Assembly (NCBI GenBank): GCA_905178155.1
Contig: CAJINV010000007.1
Location: forward strand, 2,585,730-2,649,150
DNA: 63,421 bases
DNA from: Amoebophrya sp. A120
Taxonomy: Eukaryota; Protista; Dinoflagellata
Direction: 5' to 3'
Shown here: positions 47,911-59,437 of the stretch, piece by piece
How the letters are laid out: every line of letters begins with the position of its first letter
Numbering within the stretch: the stretch's first letter is position 1
Made by a program: the position numbers and the translations under genes
Notes under the pieces: generated by a model
The model's database searches: none
Seen by the model: only the letters and a program-made list of their open reading frames with translations
What the model was told of the DNA's origin: nothing

Positions 47911-48258
47911 TCATGCTTTCCCGACTATAAACACGCTCCCTGAGTACGGTTGACTGCGAGTATCGTTTCCCGAAAACCTGACTTCCGTTGGCACCTTGTT
48001 GTTTTCTTCGCCACAACTGCCTCCCCCCGCGCGCTTGCATTCGCTTTCGAATTCTGCCACCGCTTTTCGCATGGTGTTTGTTGTACTGCCAAAGTGTGAA
48101 TTGAAATCCGGGGACGCGTCGGGGATTTTACCAGGTCCGGCCTTGCGAAAAAGGTTTGCAATTTTCTGCCTGCCGCCCGGGTGCCGGTCGATAAAGCCGG
48201 TCACGTCCACAAGGTACCCGTTCAGACGGACGATGACGGGGGATGTGGTCGATGCCAT
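47911..48258 (-). CDS. Small cytochrome b5-like heme-binding domain protein
   Basis: VRLNGYLVDVTGFIDRHPGG..DASPDFNSH matches the b5 YDVT.F..HPGG and DAT..F..H pattern. Confidence 0.75.
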   Translation of the reverse strand: MASTTSPVIVRLNGYLVDVTGFIDRHPGGRQKIANLFRKAGPGKIPDASPDFNSHFGSTTNTMRKAVAEFESECKRAGGGSCGEENNKVPTEVRFSGNDTRSQPYSGSVFIVGKA

Positions 48259-49088
48259 GCGATTACGAGTATGGTCGTGCGTTTCTAAGTGCGTACCCTT
48301 AAACTTCTACCCGTGGCCACACAAATGAGCATGTGTTACATACTCTACTGACAGAATCTTCAGCAAATATGTAGCCGTAATTTACCTATTCCTATTTTTT
48401 CTTCTAGAAAATTCAAATTGTACTCGACACAAGTACTTACTGAGCATGATTTCTGAGTCTGACTTCATTTTCGACTTCGCTGAAAATAACAAGATAAAGG
48501 GGTGACGGAACTTCTCAAGTTTGCGTTTCGGTCGGACGAACTCAACTTCTAGTGCGAAAAATCGTGCCACGAGACCCTGCGGCATTTCCCGCGGACCGGG
48601 ATTTCTCAAATCTATCAGTGAGGACGTTTTTGATCCCATTTGCATGCGCGGGCACTAAAAAACATCACATGGAAGCAGAAAAAGTCATATCCGTCGAACA
48701 CTCACTGCTGAACATTTTTGACATCAAACACGCACAGCTGTAGCGCGGGTGCAGGGGTATGATGTACGTCTCCACCTAGACCTACATCCACCACGACCAA
48801 GTACTTACTCGAGAAAAAAGATGCGCCAGTAGCCTAGTATGCGTTAAAGGTTCAATTTGTTTAATTGCTTCACATCGAGCGAGTCATGTTGAGAAGGAGC
48901 TTGTCCGTGCGTTTGAGTCATCCTCGTCTTTCTCATATGATCAAGTTGCAGAAGAGGACATGAGCACCATCATGCGTTTATTTTCTGCAGCAATCTTCCT
49001 CCCGTTCCAGAAGTACCTAAACAATTAAACGAGTGGACGATCTTTCATTGCACCATGTTGATCATCTTGAGAAACCTTACTTCTCTCC

Positions 49089-52000
49089 TCAACTTGCCCT
49101 CGGACTGTTTACCAGCCGATAGTAATCCGCGGTCGATGAGCCCCCTCCACCTGCAGTTCCGGAGCGTGTCGAGATTGTGGTCACATCTTCAGGCCCACCA
49201 CCTCCAAAGATCCTCGTGCTCGTTGCGCTAAACACCGGTCCCAAGGATGGTCTCTCTAGAACTTGCTGTGAATGTGATTCCGACGCCGCTGCGTTCATTA
49301 CACCAGAACCAGTCAACGTCACCGCATGTGGTCTCCTGTTCGACGCCATTCCCCTTCCTCCCCCCTGCTTCGCCACGGCTTTGCGGAACGACTTTTCGCT
49401 CTGGAAGAGGTCGATCATACCCGGGCCGTGTGCCGCGCCCACACAGACCAACACCAATCTGCGCTTCGGCGCGGCGTTCAACCCGATCTCCAGATCTGTC
49501 ACCGCTTCCGGCGCCCCGTCGGTGGTACTGGACGCGGATTCCTCGTCGGAAATCGTAGTGGGTGCGAACCTTGTTTCTTCCAAGTAGCGCAGCACGTTGT
49601 AGCACATGAACTGGTTGCGCTGCGTCAGCATAATGTGCACGTACGACGGGATCACGAGAAAGAGAAACAGCGTCACCATCACGTCCGCGGACAGCAGCGT
49701 GTTGAAAAAATTCTGGAGCGGTCCCTCCTCGGCGGAATCGCTCAGTGACGGCGCCGACGTTGTCTGGTCTGGTAGTTCTCCATTGGGAGAACCCGTTGAC
49801 ATCGCAGCTTTTCTTGTCTTCGCAGATGATGAACCACTGTCGCTCATTAGCGACAGCAAGACGTAGTTGTAAATCGCGAAGGCCAAGATTGAAATCACCC
49901 AGGACACAAACTGGCAGGCGACCACCAGCGCGAGACACGCGAGCAAGGGTGCGCGGCCCAACGTCGTCAACAGCAGACCATACATGTCAACGGAATACGT
50001 GGGGTACAGGCAGTACTGGAACAGCCACCGCGGCACCGCGAGCCAGAAGAGCAGCGCGTAAAACACGTTCTGGAGGGGGGCTTTTAGGAACCTCGTGATA
50101 AAATTCGTCCCCAGCACCTCGTCGGAACTGTCGACGAGGAGCAGCGGTCGTTTCAGCAGTTCCGCCACCCGGCCCGCGTTGAGGAATTCCTGGCCGGCCC
50201 GGATCCCGAACAAGTCCGCGACGAAGTACAGCACCGACGCGGGCCACAGCGCGATAGCGAAGGCGAGCTGCCGCTTACGGTTCTCCTTCGCGCGCTGCTG
50301 GCGTTTTTGCTTCTCCTTCTGGTACTGCTTGATATTGACGACGTCCCAGGAGGTCTTGGGTAGCGTGCCGGACGTAGTTGTTTCTGGTTTCAAATTGACC
50401 ATTTTCACCGCGGATAAGTCAAACTTAGTATTGTTCGCGATTTGGAGGAGAAGTTGGGAGTCCGGGAGCGAAAAGCACGGGATTTCGGGATTCTCCGTGC
50501 GCCAAGCGGTGGATTTGCAAAAAAGCAAGTCGTGGACCACGTCGCTGCGCTTTCTCGGTAAGGGCTTGGGAAAACTCGCAAAGACGAAGTCTGTGTCGAG
50601 GTTTGGCTGAGCAGGTCGATTTTGGCTCTGTGGTCCTGGTTCTGCTGTTGATAGTGTAGTCCCATGATCTACTTTCGCTTTTGGTATGGGTGAGAAGTCT
50701 AGCACCTTGTTTCTCTTTTGCTGCTCCAAACTGTTACACCCGGAGTCTGTGTCTTCTTCACACTGTAAGAGCAATACGCCCTTCGCCCCGGCGCTCTCCA
50801 GAGAGTGTACCACAAGTCTCGGATGGAGCTTGGAACCGGGGAAGGCGACGACAAAACTGTTGGCAAGGGTGGTCAAGACGCGCGCGGTTCTTTCGACTGG
50901 GCGGTCGAAATAGGAGACGGAGGAGGCGTAGGCTGTTTTGGATTCAAATTTTACATGAAGAGCACAACAAATTTTTTGTCACTGTACATCACAGTAGGTG
51001 GAAACAAATGCATCTCTTCATCAAGCCGATGTAATACATCGAAGCATAACTACAACTACATCAACTGGGGAAAGATCATCATTCTTCTATACTGCTCCGA
51101 TAGAATGGCATGTTCCTCTGCCCCTCATCCGCTCCCCATTGCTGCAGGGCCTGCTCCAATTCCGGTGGCCAAAACGTCAGCTTCGCAGGTTTCGTGTCAA
51201 ACGCAGTCTCTTTTGGCAAGAGCAAATTCCACTCCGCAACAGGGAGGTTCATGACGAATCGCCTCGCGGTGCCGGAACCATCCTCCAACTGCTCAAACTG
51301 AACTCTATCGGTCAGGAGCTGGTGGTTTTGCGCGTGTTCTTGAGAGGCAGCAGCACCAGTAGATCCTGCTGATGAGGTGTAGAAGTCCTTCGGTGCAGCT
51401 GCTACGGAAGTTTGCATGGGTGCAGCAGCAGCTGCTGGCAGCGCTGCAGAAGTTGTCGAATTTGCATTCAGTTTCAGCTCTCTCTTCTCGACCACATCCT
51501 GCATGTCCGCTTGGGTTGACAACCCGAGATACCGCTTCACGTCTAACTCGACCGCTATGATGTCCGGTTGTAGCTGCTCAATGACGTCCAACACGTCCAA
51601 GGCGCTCACCGCTAGGCCGTGGTTGCTACCGAAAATCACCAAGTCCGCTTCGCCGTCCGCGACCCGCATCGGGGCCGAAGCGCCGTAGGGCCAAGCGAAC
51701 GAATTGCTCGAAGTTCTTGTCGCAACATTTTGCCGATTTTGCTGTTCTTGTTCCACCAGAGCGAGGTTTGTGTCTGTCAGCAGCGTCCTTGTTGCGGCCG
51801 ATTCCAGCTGGCTCGGCGACTCATCGCGCCAATTTGGCGGCTTGTGGTCCGGCGACTTCTCTAATTGTTGTATCGGTGTCGTGAGTTGCGGCTTTAATTT
51901 TTTCTCGTCGCTCATGCTAGAGTGTTGGAGCAATACGTTGCTCGCGGCTTCAACTCTCGTCCCCGGAGCTCCTCCTGTATTACTACCTCGTTGTGGTCCT

Positions 52001-53816
52001 CCTGTTTGTAACGGTGCTGTTGTACTAGTAGTCGCATTTTCATCACCATTTCCGCCAAACACCCTCCGCCATATCCAGCCGAACATTCCGCATCCAGACA
52101 CCAAGTACCACGCCACGTCGCAGAGCGATGGCGAGCTCGTGATAAAACTGTACTTCGACTGTTGTGTCTTGCTTCTCCTCTCCTCAATCACCGAAGCGGA
52201 AAATTGCTTCTCCAATCTCTTCGCGACCGACGTGGTACCACTACCGCTGGCGCCACTAAATGATAAGCTGCTGGCCGTGCGGAAGGACCGGAGCTTTTCC
52301 AATTTCGAGGAAACCCGCAGCCGCACGAAAAACCGCCACAGGATGATGGAAGCAAGAAAAAGAGGCCACCAGTAGTCATTGTCGCTGATCAGGCATTCCG
52401 GAACTAGGATTTCTTGGCTCGACGGTGGATGGTCTTTTGTTGATGTTTCGTCGAGCTGTCTTTGATGTTCCGGCGCTGTTTCTTCAGCGGCCAATGTTAT
52501 ATTATCATCATCTGACACCGCCCGCTCTGCAGCCGTTGGAACATCAAGTTCTGCACCTTCACCCATCGGCTTGGTCGCTTGTTTCGCAACCTCCTCCGGC
52601 TCACCTAGTAGCTGCTTCGGCAAGTAGCTAGATAGCTCCACGGCTCGCCACGCTGCAGCGCGGATCGGCTGCCGCGAGCTCCATTTCACTGAAGATTTTG
52701 TACTTGTGGATCGGATTCCAAAAAGATATTCTATTTCTTTTGCTGCATCAGGGGCGGCGCTGCGAGTAGACTGCTCAAGCAAAATCCTGCGAGACGCAGA
52801 ACTGGCACCTCCAGGTGCAGGACTTGCAGTAGGAGGTCCAATGGCGGAAGAGCCTCCTGGTTGTGCAGAGTATGACTCTACTAATTCACGTTGTTTTTTC
52901 TCGTCCAGCAAATTTCCCTTTTCCTTCGCCAGTTCTTCCTGCAGATCTGCGTTGTTCCACACCGCAATAGACAGTGGCAAACCCAAAATCGGCAACCCAC
53001 AGTACACCTGGTAAAACTGCACACCTACTGTTTTAGGGAAGACGATCATATCAAAAGTAAAAATGTCTGGGTCTGGAAACTTGTGATGCTGGGTGGCGTG
53101 TCATGACGAGGCTACAAATGCTGGCTCAGCATGACAAGTTTCTGAGCTCCTAGGTGTTGCCTATTCTGCATGACAAACTGCGGCTCTGCAGCACAGAAAG
53201 AGAAAAACGGAGCTCTTGTCTACCGTGCATGACAGATTTAGGAGTCATGCCAGGCAAGCATGACAAACATGAATTCTTCCAGACCCAGACATTTTTACAG
53301 TTGATAGATCAAAGACGCCAGCAATCCGATGATGAGCAGATCCAGAATGATCAGTTTCTTTCCGCGCAAAAACAACAACTTCTTCGCGTCCATCTCTTTC
53401 CCGGCAAAGGTCTGCGTCGCGTCCACATGCCGCTGGTCGTAAAGCGAAAAGGACCCATCCGACCTACGGACTGGCCTCAGAAGATGCATCGGGGATGGAG
53501 CTTGCTGGTTGTGGTTCTTTGTCTTTGATGAAGCGGACGTGATAATCAATGCGTTTCCTCCGCCAATAATACGAGAAGATGACTCTTGCCCTTGCAGCGA
53601 CGACGTTTTGTTCAGCATGGTGAAGGTGATTGGATTCATACTGAAAGATTTTGATATTTTCCTCGTCGGTGGAATAGAAGTATCACTAGCGCTATCTTCT
53701 TTCACGGGCGAGTTTGTGCGTGATGAAAAGTTAGAGTTAGCTGCGTTCTGTCCTCGGTCTGCAGCGGGCGTAAGCAGCGGGACCTCCGCATCCGCCCAGC
53801 TGCGACTGCGAAACAT
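49089..53816 (-). CDS. TraB/TRABD-family multi-pass membrane protein, 3 exons
   Basis: Exons 53816-53311, 53047-51093 and 50896-49089 are in frame (TIR intron plus GT-AG intron 50897-51092). TraB blocks: IFGSNH..DVLDVIEQLQPDIIAVELDVKRY, EFLNAGRVAELLKRPLLLVD, LTQRNQFM, VLVCVGAAHGPGM. Several hydrophobic helices. Confidence 0.8.
53049..53306. mobile_element. Introner element 5 (non-canonical intron ~53048-53310; neither GT nor AG in any register)
   Basis: 30-bp TIR TATCAA(AA/CT)GTAAAAATGTCTGGGTCTGGAA (28/30), the same family as elements 2 and 3. Direct repeat GATCA at 53044-53048 and 53307-53311. Removal gives GLLASLI-VFPKT in frame. Confidence 0.93.
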
Positions 53817-53829
53817 GAAATGATAAATT

Positions 53830-53885
53830 AGTATTAGTTCACGATCGAAAATAGGAGGAGGAGTATTAGTTCACGATCGAAAATA
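53830..53885. repeat. Perfect 24-bp direct repeat just upstream of the TraB start codon
   Basis: AGTATTAGTTCACGATCGAAAATA at 53830-53853 and 53862-53885, separated by GGAGGAGG. Confidence 0.9.
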
Positions 53886-56282
53886 TTTGATGAATGGCGA
53901 ACGTCGTTGCAGCAAAAAGTGTAATCTAGAATATCTATGTAGGAGTAGAACTAAAGGTGGTAGGACTTCTTTCTATTGCAAATACTGGGTTCTTGCTTGT
54001 TATGCGACTCTCGTGTACGAGTCTAGCTCTTCAGCTAACACTCGTCTAGAAGTTTGGTTACACTTACTACACAGAAAAAACGCCTATTGCAATTGCAGGT
54101 ACACTTATGTGGATTCTCATGGTTTAGGTTTGTTAATGTAGTTCTCGTAGCATCGCTACAAAATCAATGGGTGCTGCAGGCACACGCGCAGCAGGTAGTC
54201 GTCGTAAAGGTAAACATCCTCGTTACTATTTACAAAAAATGCTTTAAGTATGGGCAGAGCAACATCGTGTGGGTTAGTGCTTCTTTTTGGGTAGAGGGGC
54301 TGTCATGCTTGTAAAGAACGCCAATTACACTTTTCAAGGAATCGCAGTTGCGCTTTCTTTGCGGTGTTCCTTCTTCTTCACAACAGGAACTGCCTTGTTT
54401 GTCATGCACGTTCCACACTACACGAACAGAGAAACAAACTATACGACCGACATATGTATTTATCGACTCCGCCTCAATATTCTCGCAATTCTACGTCTCA
54501 TCCGCCTTTTCAAAAATCTTCTCGCTGCACCGAAAGCGCGCTTAACTAAGAACAAGCAAAAAAAAACCGACCTTCATCAACAAGCTGCACACGTCCTCCA
54601 GCTAAAGGTGTACCACGAGGGTTGCATGAACATCATACAACGCATGAGTGACTGAGCAGCTTCTGCTTCGCTCACGAGGGGCCGGTCCAATTCTGGGAAA
54701 GTTGTCTTTTTATTTATCCGTTTTGTTTCTTCATAAAAAACAGTTATTTGCAGGCTGCATTTGTCGTCATCATAGTCTCAACCTCAAGAATTTGTGCAGG
54801 AAAATGATACATTTCCAGTGACATTAAAGAAACTGAAACTATACTGTCATTCGAACAAAGTCGCGGCATTAAATCAGCACGTTGGGTTCTTCTTTTCGCA
54901 TTCCTTTTCTCCCCGAAACCAAATTTTGCAGGCCTGTATTCTCAAAGATCTTCGCATCTGCAAGAAATGCATCGCAAAGTGGTGACAAAAAGGTGTCACG
55001 TGAAACAAACTGAAACAAAGCAAGCTCATAAAAGTTCTTTTCATAAAAATCTGTAAATTTTGCAAGAAGGCGGCAACAAATAGAAACCGGTGGAATATTA
55101 CAAAAAATCAAGAAGAAGGTGAGCATTTTGTATCTTCATTGCTCAGAGCTCTGTAAGACGCGCATCACTATCAGTAGTGGCTTGCTTACTCTATCGTAGC
55201 TGTCATTCGAAACAATCTTATTTTTGGTGCTGTAAATATCTGTGCATCTTTATCCGTTCTTGTAATCGTTTCATCTGTGCGGCGTTTGTGCCACTACCTA
55301 CTTTCCAGCTCATCTAAAAATGGTCCTCAGCTGTGCAGAAGCCGCTGTGCAGGAGATCATTGCATAATTTCTAGCGCAAGTGCATTCGAAACGAGTAACA
55401 TTTGAAACGGTTATCTTTTGCTGTATTCTTTACTGCGATAAGAAACTGAAAGTGAAATGTGTGAAATTGACATAAGCTCGAAAGAACTTGCCTGCTATGA
55501 GATGCATAGCAGTCGTAGGATTGGGCATTATGAGTAATAGAAGTGTAGAAAGTTCCAAAGGAACTGCAGTGGGGTGATTGTAGTCAAAGTCATTACTGAA
55601 ATTATCGTATAGGTTTATTAAAAAGTAAAGAGGTAGCTGCAACGGCATTGCAAACGAGTCGCTACATCGCTAGGTTTAGGATTTAGGAAATATTAACGTG
55701 AAATCTCATCTTCAATTCTTCTAGTTCTAAAAAAATGGGTCGGCAAAAATTTGCGTCTGCTTCTTCTGCCTATTCATCCGGGACTATGTTCTAACTTTGT
55801 TGTCGCGTAAGAACTCCTATTGAGTTCTTAGGGCGCAGCAGAATTGTCGTCAAAACCTAAATTTATATATTGTTGCTAGATCTTCTGCGTCCGACAACAC
55901 CATTCGTCAAAGCGGAGGAGAAAATGAAAATTCAAAACGGTTCGTCAGTGTCTGATTTTTCTCTAGTTTTTTGTTGATTAGCTCACAAGCCCGATTTTTA
56001 CTGGCTCTTAGTCTGAACGTAGTTACCCAGTCAATCAAAATCAAAAACGAATGCAGAATTGTAGCGGCAAAAATTTTCGAAGTTCTAGCGTTTTGATCTT
56101 GGATCGGGGAGAGTTTTTAGACGAGGAAGTTCACGACGACCACCTTAAGTTCAGCTACATAATTTAGAATGTTTGTTTTTTACCTCAAAATTGTCGTCAC
56201 AAATTTTGAATTCTTCTGGAAGTAGTTCAGCAACATCCTAAATAAAGTATTCGCGTCTCCTTACCAATAGAAACCGCTTCTC

Positions 56283-59200
56283 CTACACGCTGGGTAACCG
56301 TGGTCTCGCCCGTCTCTCTTCCTCATCTGGGTCTTCGTGTAAAATCACACTGACAAACGCGTTCCAGGCACTAGCGTTGTGCCTTTGCAGTTGAATCGAG
56401 TGCACCTCCCACTCCTTCGACAGATCCGAGGGCGTCGGGGAATCGATCCCGTTCAGGATGATCTCCTGCACTAAATCCTGCATGCTCGCAGTCTCCCACT
56501 GCATCCGATCATCCCGGCAGAGAGACCTACTCAAATCCACTAGTAACTCCGGTTGCAACTCCGTGATCAACCGTTTCAGTGCCCGGATCATTGCTCTCGT
56601 CGGTTTCGTGTAGTTCGAAGTGGACGAGGCCGTGGAAGAAGATTTCGACATCTTTACATCGGGGGAAGAGTTTGGTGTCGTACTGCTGTTCAAAGTTTGG
56701 CTCGAAGATGTTTGTTGTTGTTGTTGTTCCTGACCACCAGTGTTAGTGTTTCCATTAACCACCGTCCATCCGTGGTCCTCGGGTAGTACTTGTTGGTCCT
56801 GATAATTGCAGCTAGCGTCACTGTTGCTTCCACTAGAGCCGCTACTATTCCCCATCGCCCCGGTCATCATTTCCTGGATGTACTCCAGTGGCCCTTTCGA
56901 CACCGGAACTACTACAGCCGGCTGTGTAGTTGTGTGGTTCACATGATGTTGATCCTGCGGACTACTGCTCGAAGCTGAGCTACCACTGGAAGCGGAATTA
57001 TTCTCGTTTGTAGTTTCCCCAACCGACACCGACATTTCCTCCGCCGTTGTACTGATCGGACTCGCGGGGTCCATGTTTTGGTCCTGCTCGAAATCCACGC
57101 TCATGGCGGCGGAATCGCACCGGTTCTTCCTGGTTACAACTGTGGTCGCTGTCGCAAAATCGTGTTGTAGTTGCTGTTTCATGGGCTCGTCTGTATCTAG
57201 TACTGTTTGCTCTTGTTTATTCTTGACCGCCCCAAGAACTGGGGAAAGCACGTCGATCTCCGGATCTAACAGCTGGACCCGGTGCTTCCAGGCGAAGAGG
57301 CAGAAAAGGCGTGGAATGAGCAGAATCGAATCCACGGACCCGTCGAGCTGGATGTTCTTGGTGGGCAGGACTTCATCGAGAAACTGGCAGAATTGGGACA
57401 TGGGATTCTCTCCGTTGTTCACCCAGTCGCACACACGCCCGTAGCTGAAGAGATTTTTTGTTCGACGAAATTGACCATTTTTTCATACTTTCTATATGCG
57501 AAAATGTCAAACCACAGAAAAAAAATCATCTCCGATTCATATAAAATATATGCAATAAAAGAACGAGCATCAAAATGCAAACAGTTGTATACGTGTCGTG
57601 GAACTTCTCCAATCGTTGCACTAACCCCGGATTGTGTTCTAACTTCGGGTGCACGCGGAGGATCTTGGGCTGTAACTCTTTCAGGTAGGCACAAATGTCG
57701 TCAAACCGCTCGATTAACTCGGTGGGGAGGTACCTGATTTGCATTCATGTGACGTTGTGGCTCGTCCTGTTACGCGTCACACACGACTGCTGGTACTGCG
57801 ATGCAAGAGCAAGAAGATTACAACACATGGCGATAAATAATTTGGCCAAAACAATAAACAACTACTCTTCTCTCTATGTAAAGATACCAGAGCCGCTCGT
57901 GGATGCTCGCCTCGTAACTTTTGGTGAGCACCGTCCGCATGATGTTGTAGTCGTACCGGCAGTTGAAGCAATCCCGAGACTTTTTGTTCAGCTCTGCCAT
58001 GTGGTCGAGGAGCTCCTGGTTCACTTTTTCCCCGGATTCCGCCAGAGTGACAATCTGCTTCGCGATCGTCTCGACTAGGTTGCCTGTGGCGTTAATGTGG
58101 TAGGTATGCGATTGTGGACGAAAACAAGAATCAGAATCAGAATTAATGGGGTTCAATCTACTTCGCGCAGGCAGAGGCATGGCATGATTCAAAATCCCAA
58201 AGAACTATAATACGACTCCGCTTCTCCACGGCAATGAGGGCCTCGATGTAGTTCTTTTCGAAGATCACATACTTGGTGTCGAACATTCGCAGGGCGATTT
58301 TGAATTTCTCTACCGCAACAGCCCGGGTGGTCGGGTGGACTTGCTCCACTGCGGTGTTTTTTTATGTTTTTCTGCACTTCAATGATACCCAGAAGAAGAA
58401 CGAGAAGTTCATCATCCTTACGGTATTCGCAATTGCATTTTTGGCAAGACCGACACGGAAGATTCGAACATTGCTACTGTCATGCACTGCAGATTTCGAA
58501 AAGCAAACGAACAAAGAAATTAGGACAAATACTGGATCGGTTTAACTCCATGTCGTCAATCATAAAGACCACGTCCATCAGTTTCTCGCCCCTGGACGCC
58601 AACTCAAACCCTTCATCGACCAGGCTCTGCGGGAATTTTACCTTTCGTTGTGAGGACGTGTTCTTGATGTTGGAATAAAAGTAAACTTACTCTTCGTATC
58701 ATTTTTTGCAAGTGCAAGAGGCACCATAAGTTGTGCATAGCGCTTTGCCCGGAGAAGAACTCAACTCTACTGTACTTACCTCCTCCCCGTTGACCCACAT
58801 CCCGTCTCGGATCCGCTTCACTCCGCGGCACACGTCGTCCCGGTAGGCAAAGTTTTCCCGTTGAAACAGCATCCGGTAGTTCTCGATCGTGAAAGAGTCT
58901 CGATAATTCCGCTCCGGTGTTTTTCCCCCTTCAAAAAATTCGTACGCCTCTTGCACCCGGTCGAGGAACGTCTGCCAGTTCTCGTCCGCGTGGTTCAAGT
59001 AGCTTTTTCTCGCCATAGCCAAGCCGTTGAAAATCTGCGTCAGCTTCACGCGGTACTCTTTGGCTTTCAAGTCTTGCAGCGTCCTCGGGGAGGGCGTGCT
59101 GTGATTTTTGATTTAGAGGACGAACAAGATGATTTTCTTTTCTGTCATGCCAGAGCTCGCGTCAGCATACAGTAGATATTGATATAGTTTCTTTTGTCAA

Positions 59201-59437
59201 GTGCAAAAAGAACAAATTATCATTATCATACATGTTGTCATCGTTGCCCATCATGGCGTTTTCGTCCTGCTGCGCATTTCCCGCGCCACCTCCTGATGGC
59301 GAAAAGTTCTGACCGCCGCCGACATTTGCTCCCGCCGTCGCTGCGGGGTTTTGGTTCTGCTGGTTGCCGCCCATTCCCAGCGCGGAAGAGAACCTCTGCA
59401 TCCACGGTCGGCTGGACCGACGGGACGAGGAAGACAT
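56283..59437 (-). CDS. Hypothetical alpha-helical protein, 7 exons
   Basis: ORF pieces (59437-59233, 59098-58780, ~58642-58532, 58348-58215, ~58084-57889, ~57733-57594, ~57444-56283) join in frame with GT-AG introns. Ordered segments include RMFDTKYVIFEKNYIEAL and VHPKLEHNPGLVQRL. No function recognised; the start is approximate. Confidence 0.7.

Noticed and set aside
55672-55688. TTTAGG telomere-like words (also ~41614)
   Set aside because: Only two imperfect units; not an array.
58345-58551. TGGAG direct repeat suggesting another non-canonical intron
   Set aside because: No TIR, and a phase-compatible GT-AG pair exists (donor ~58531).
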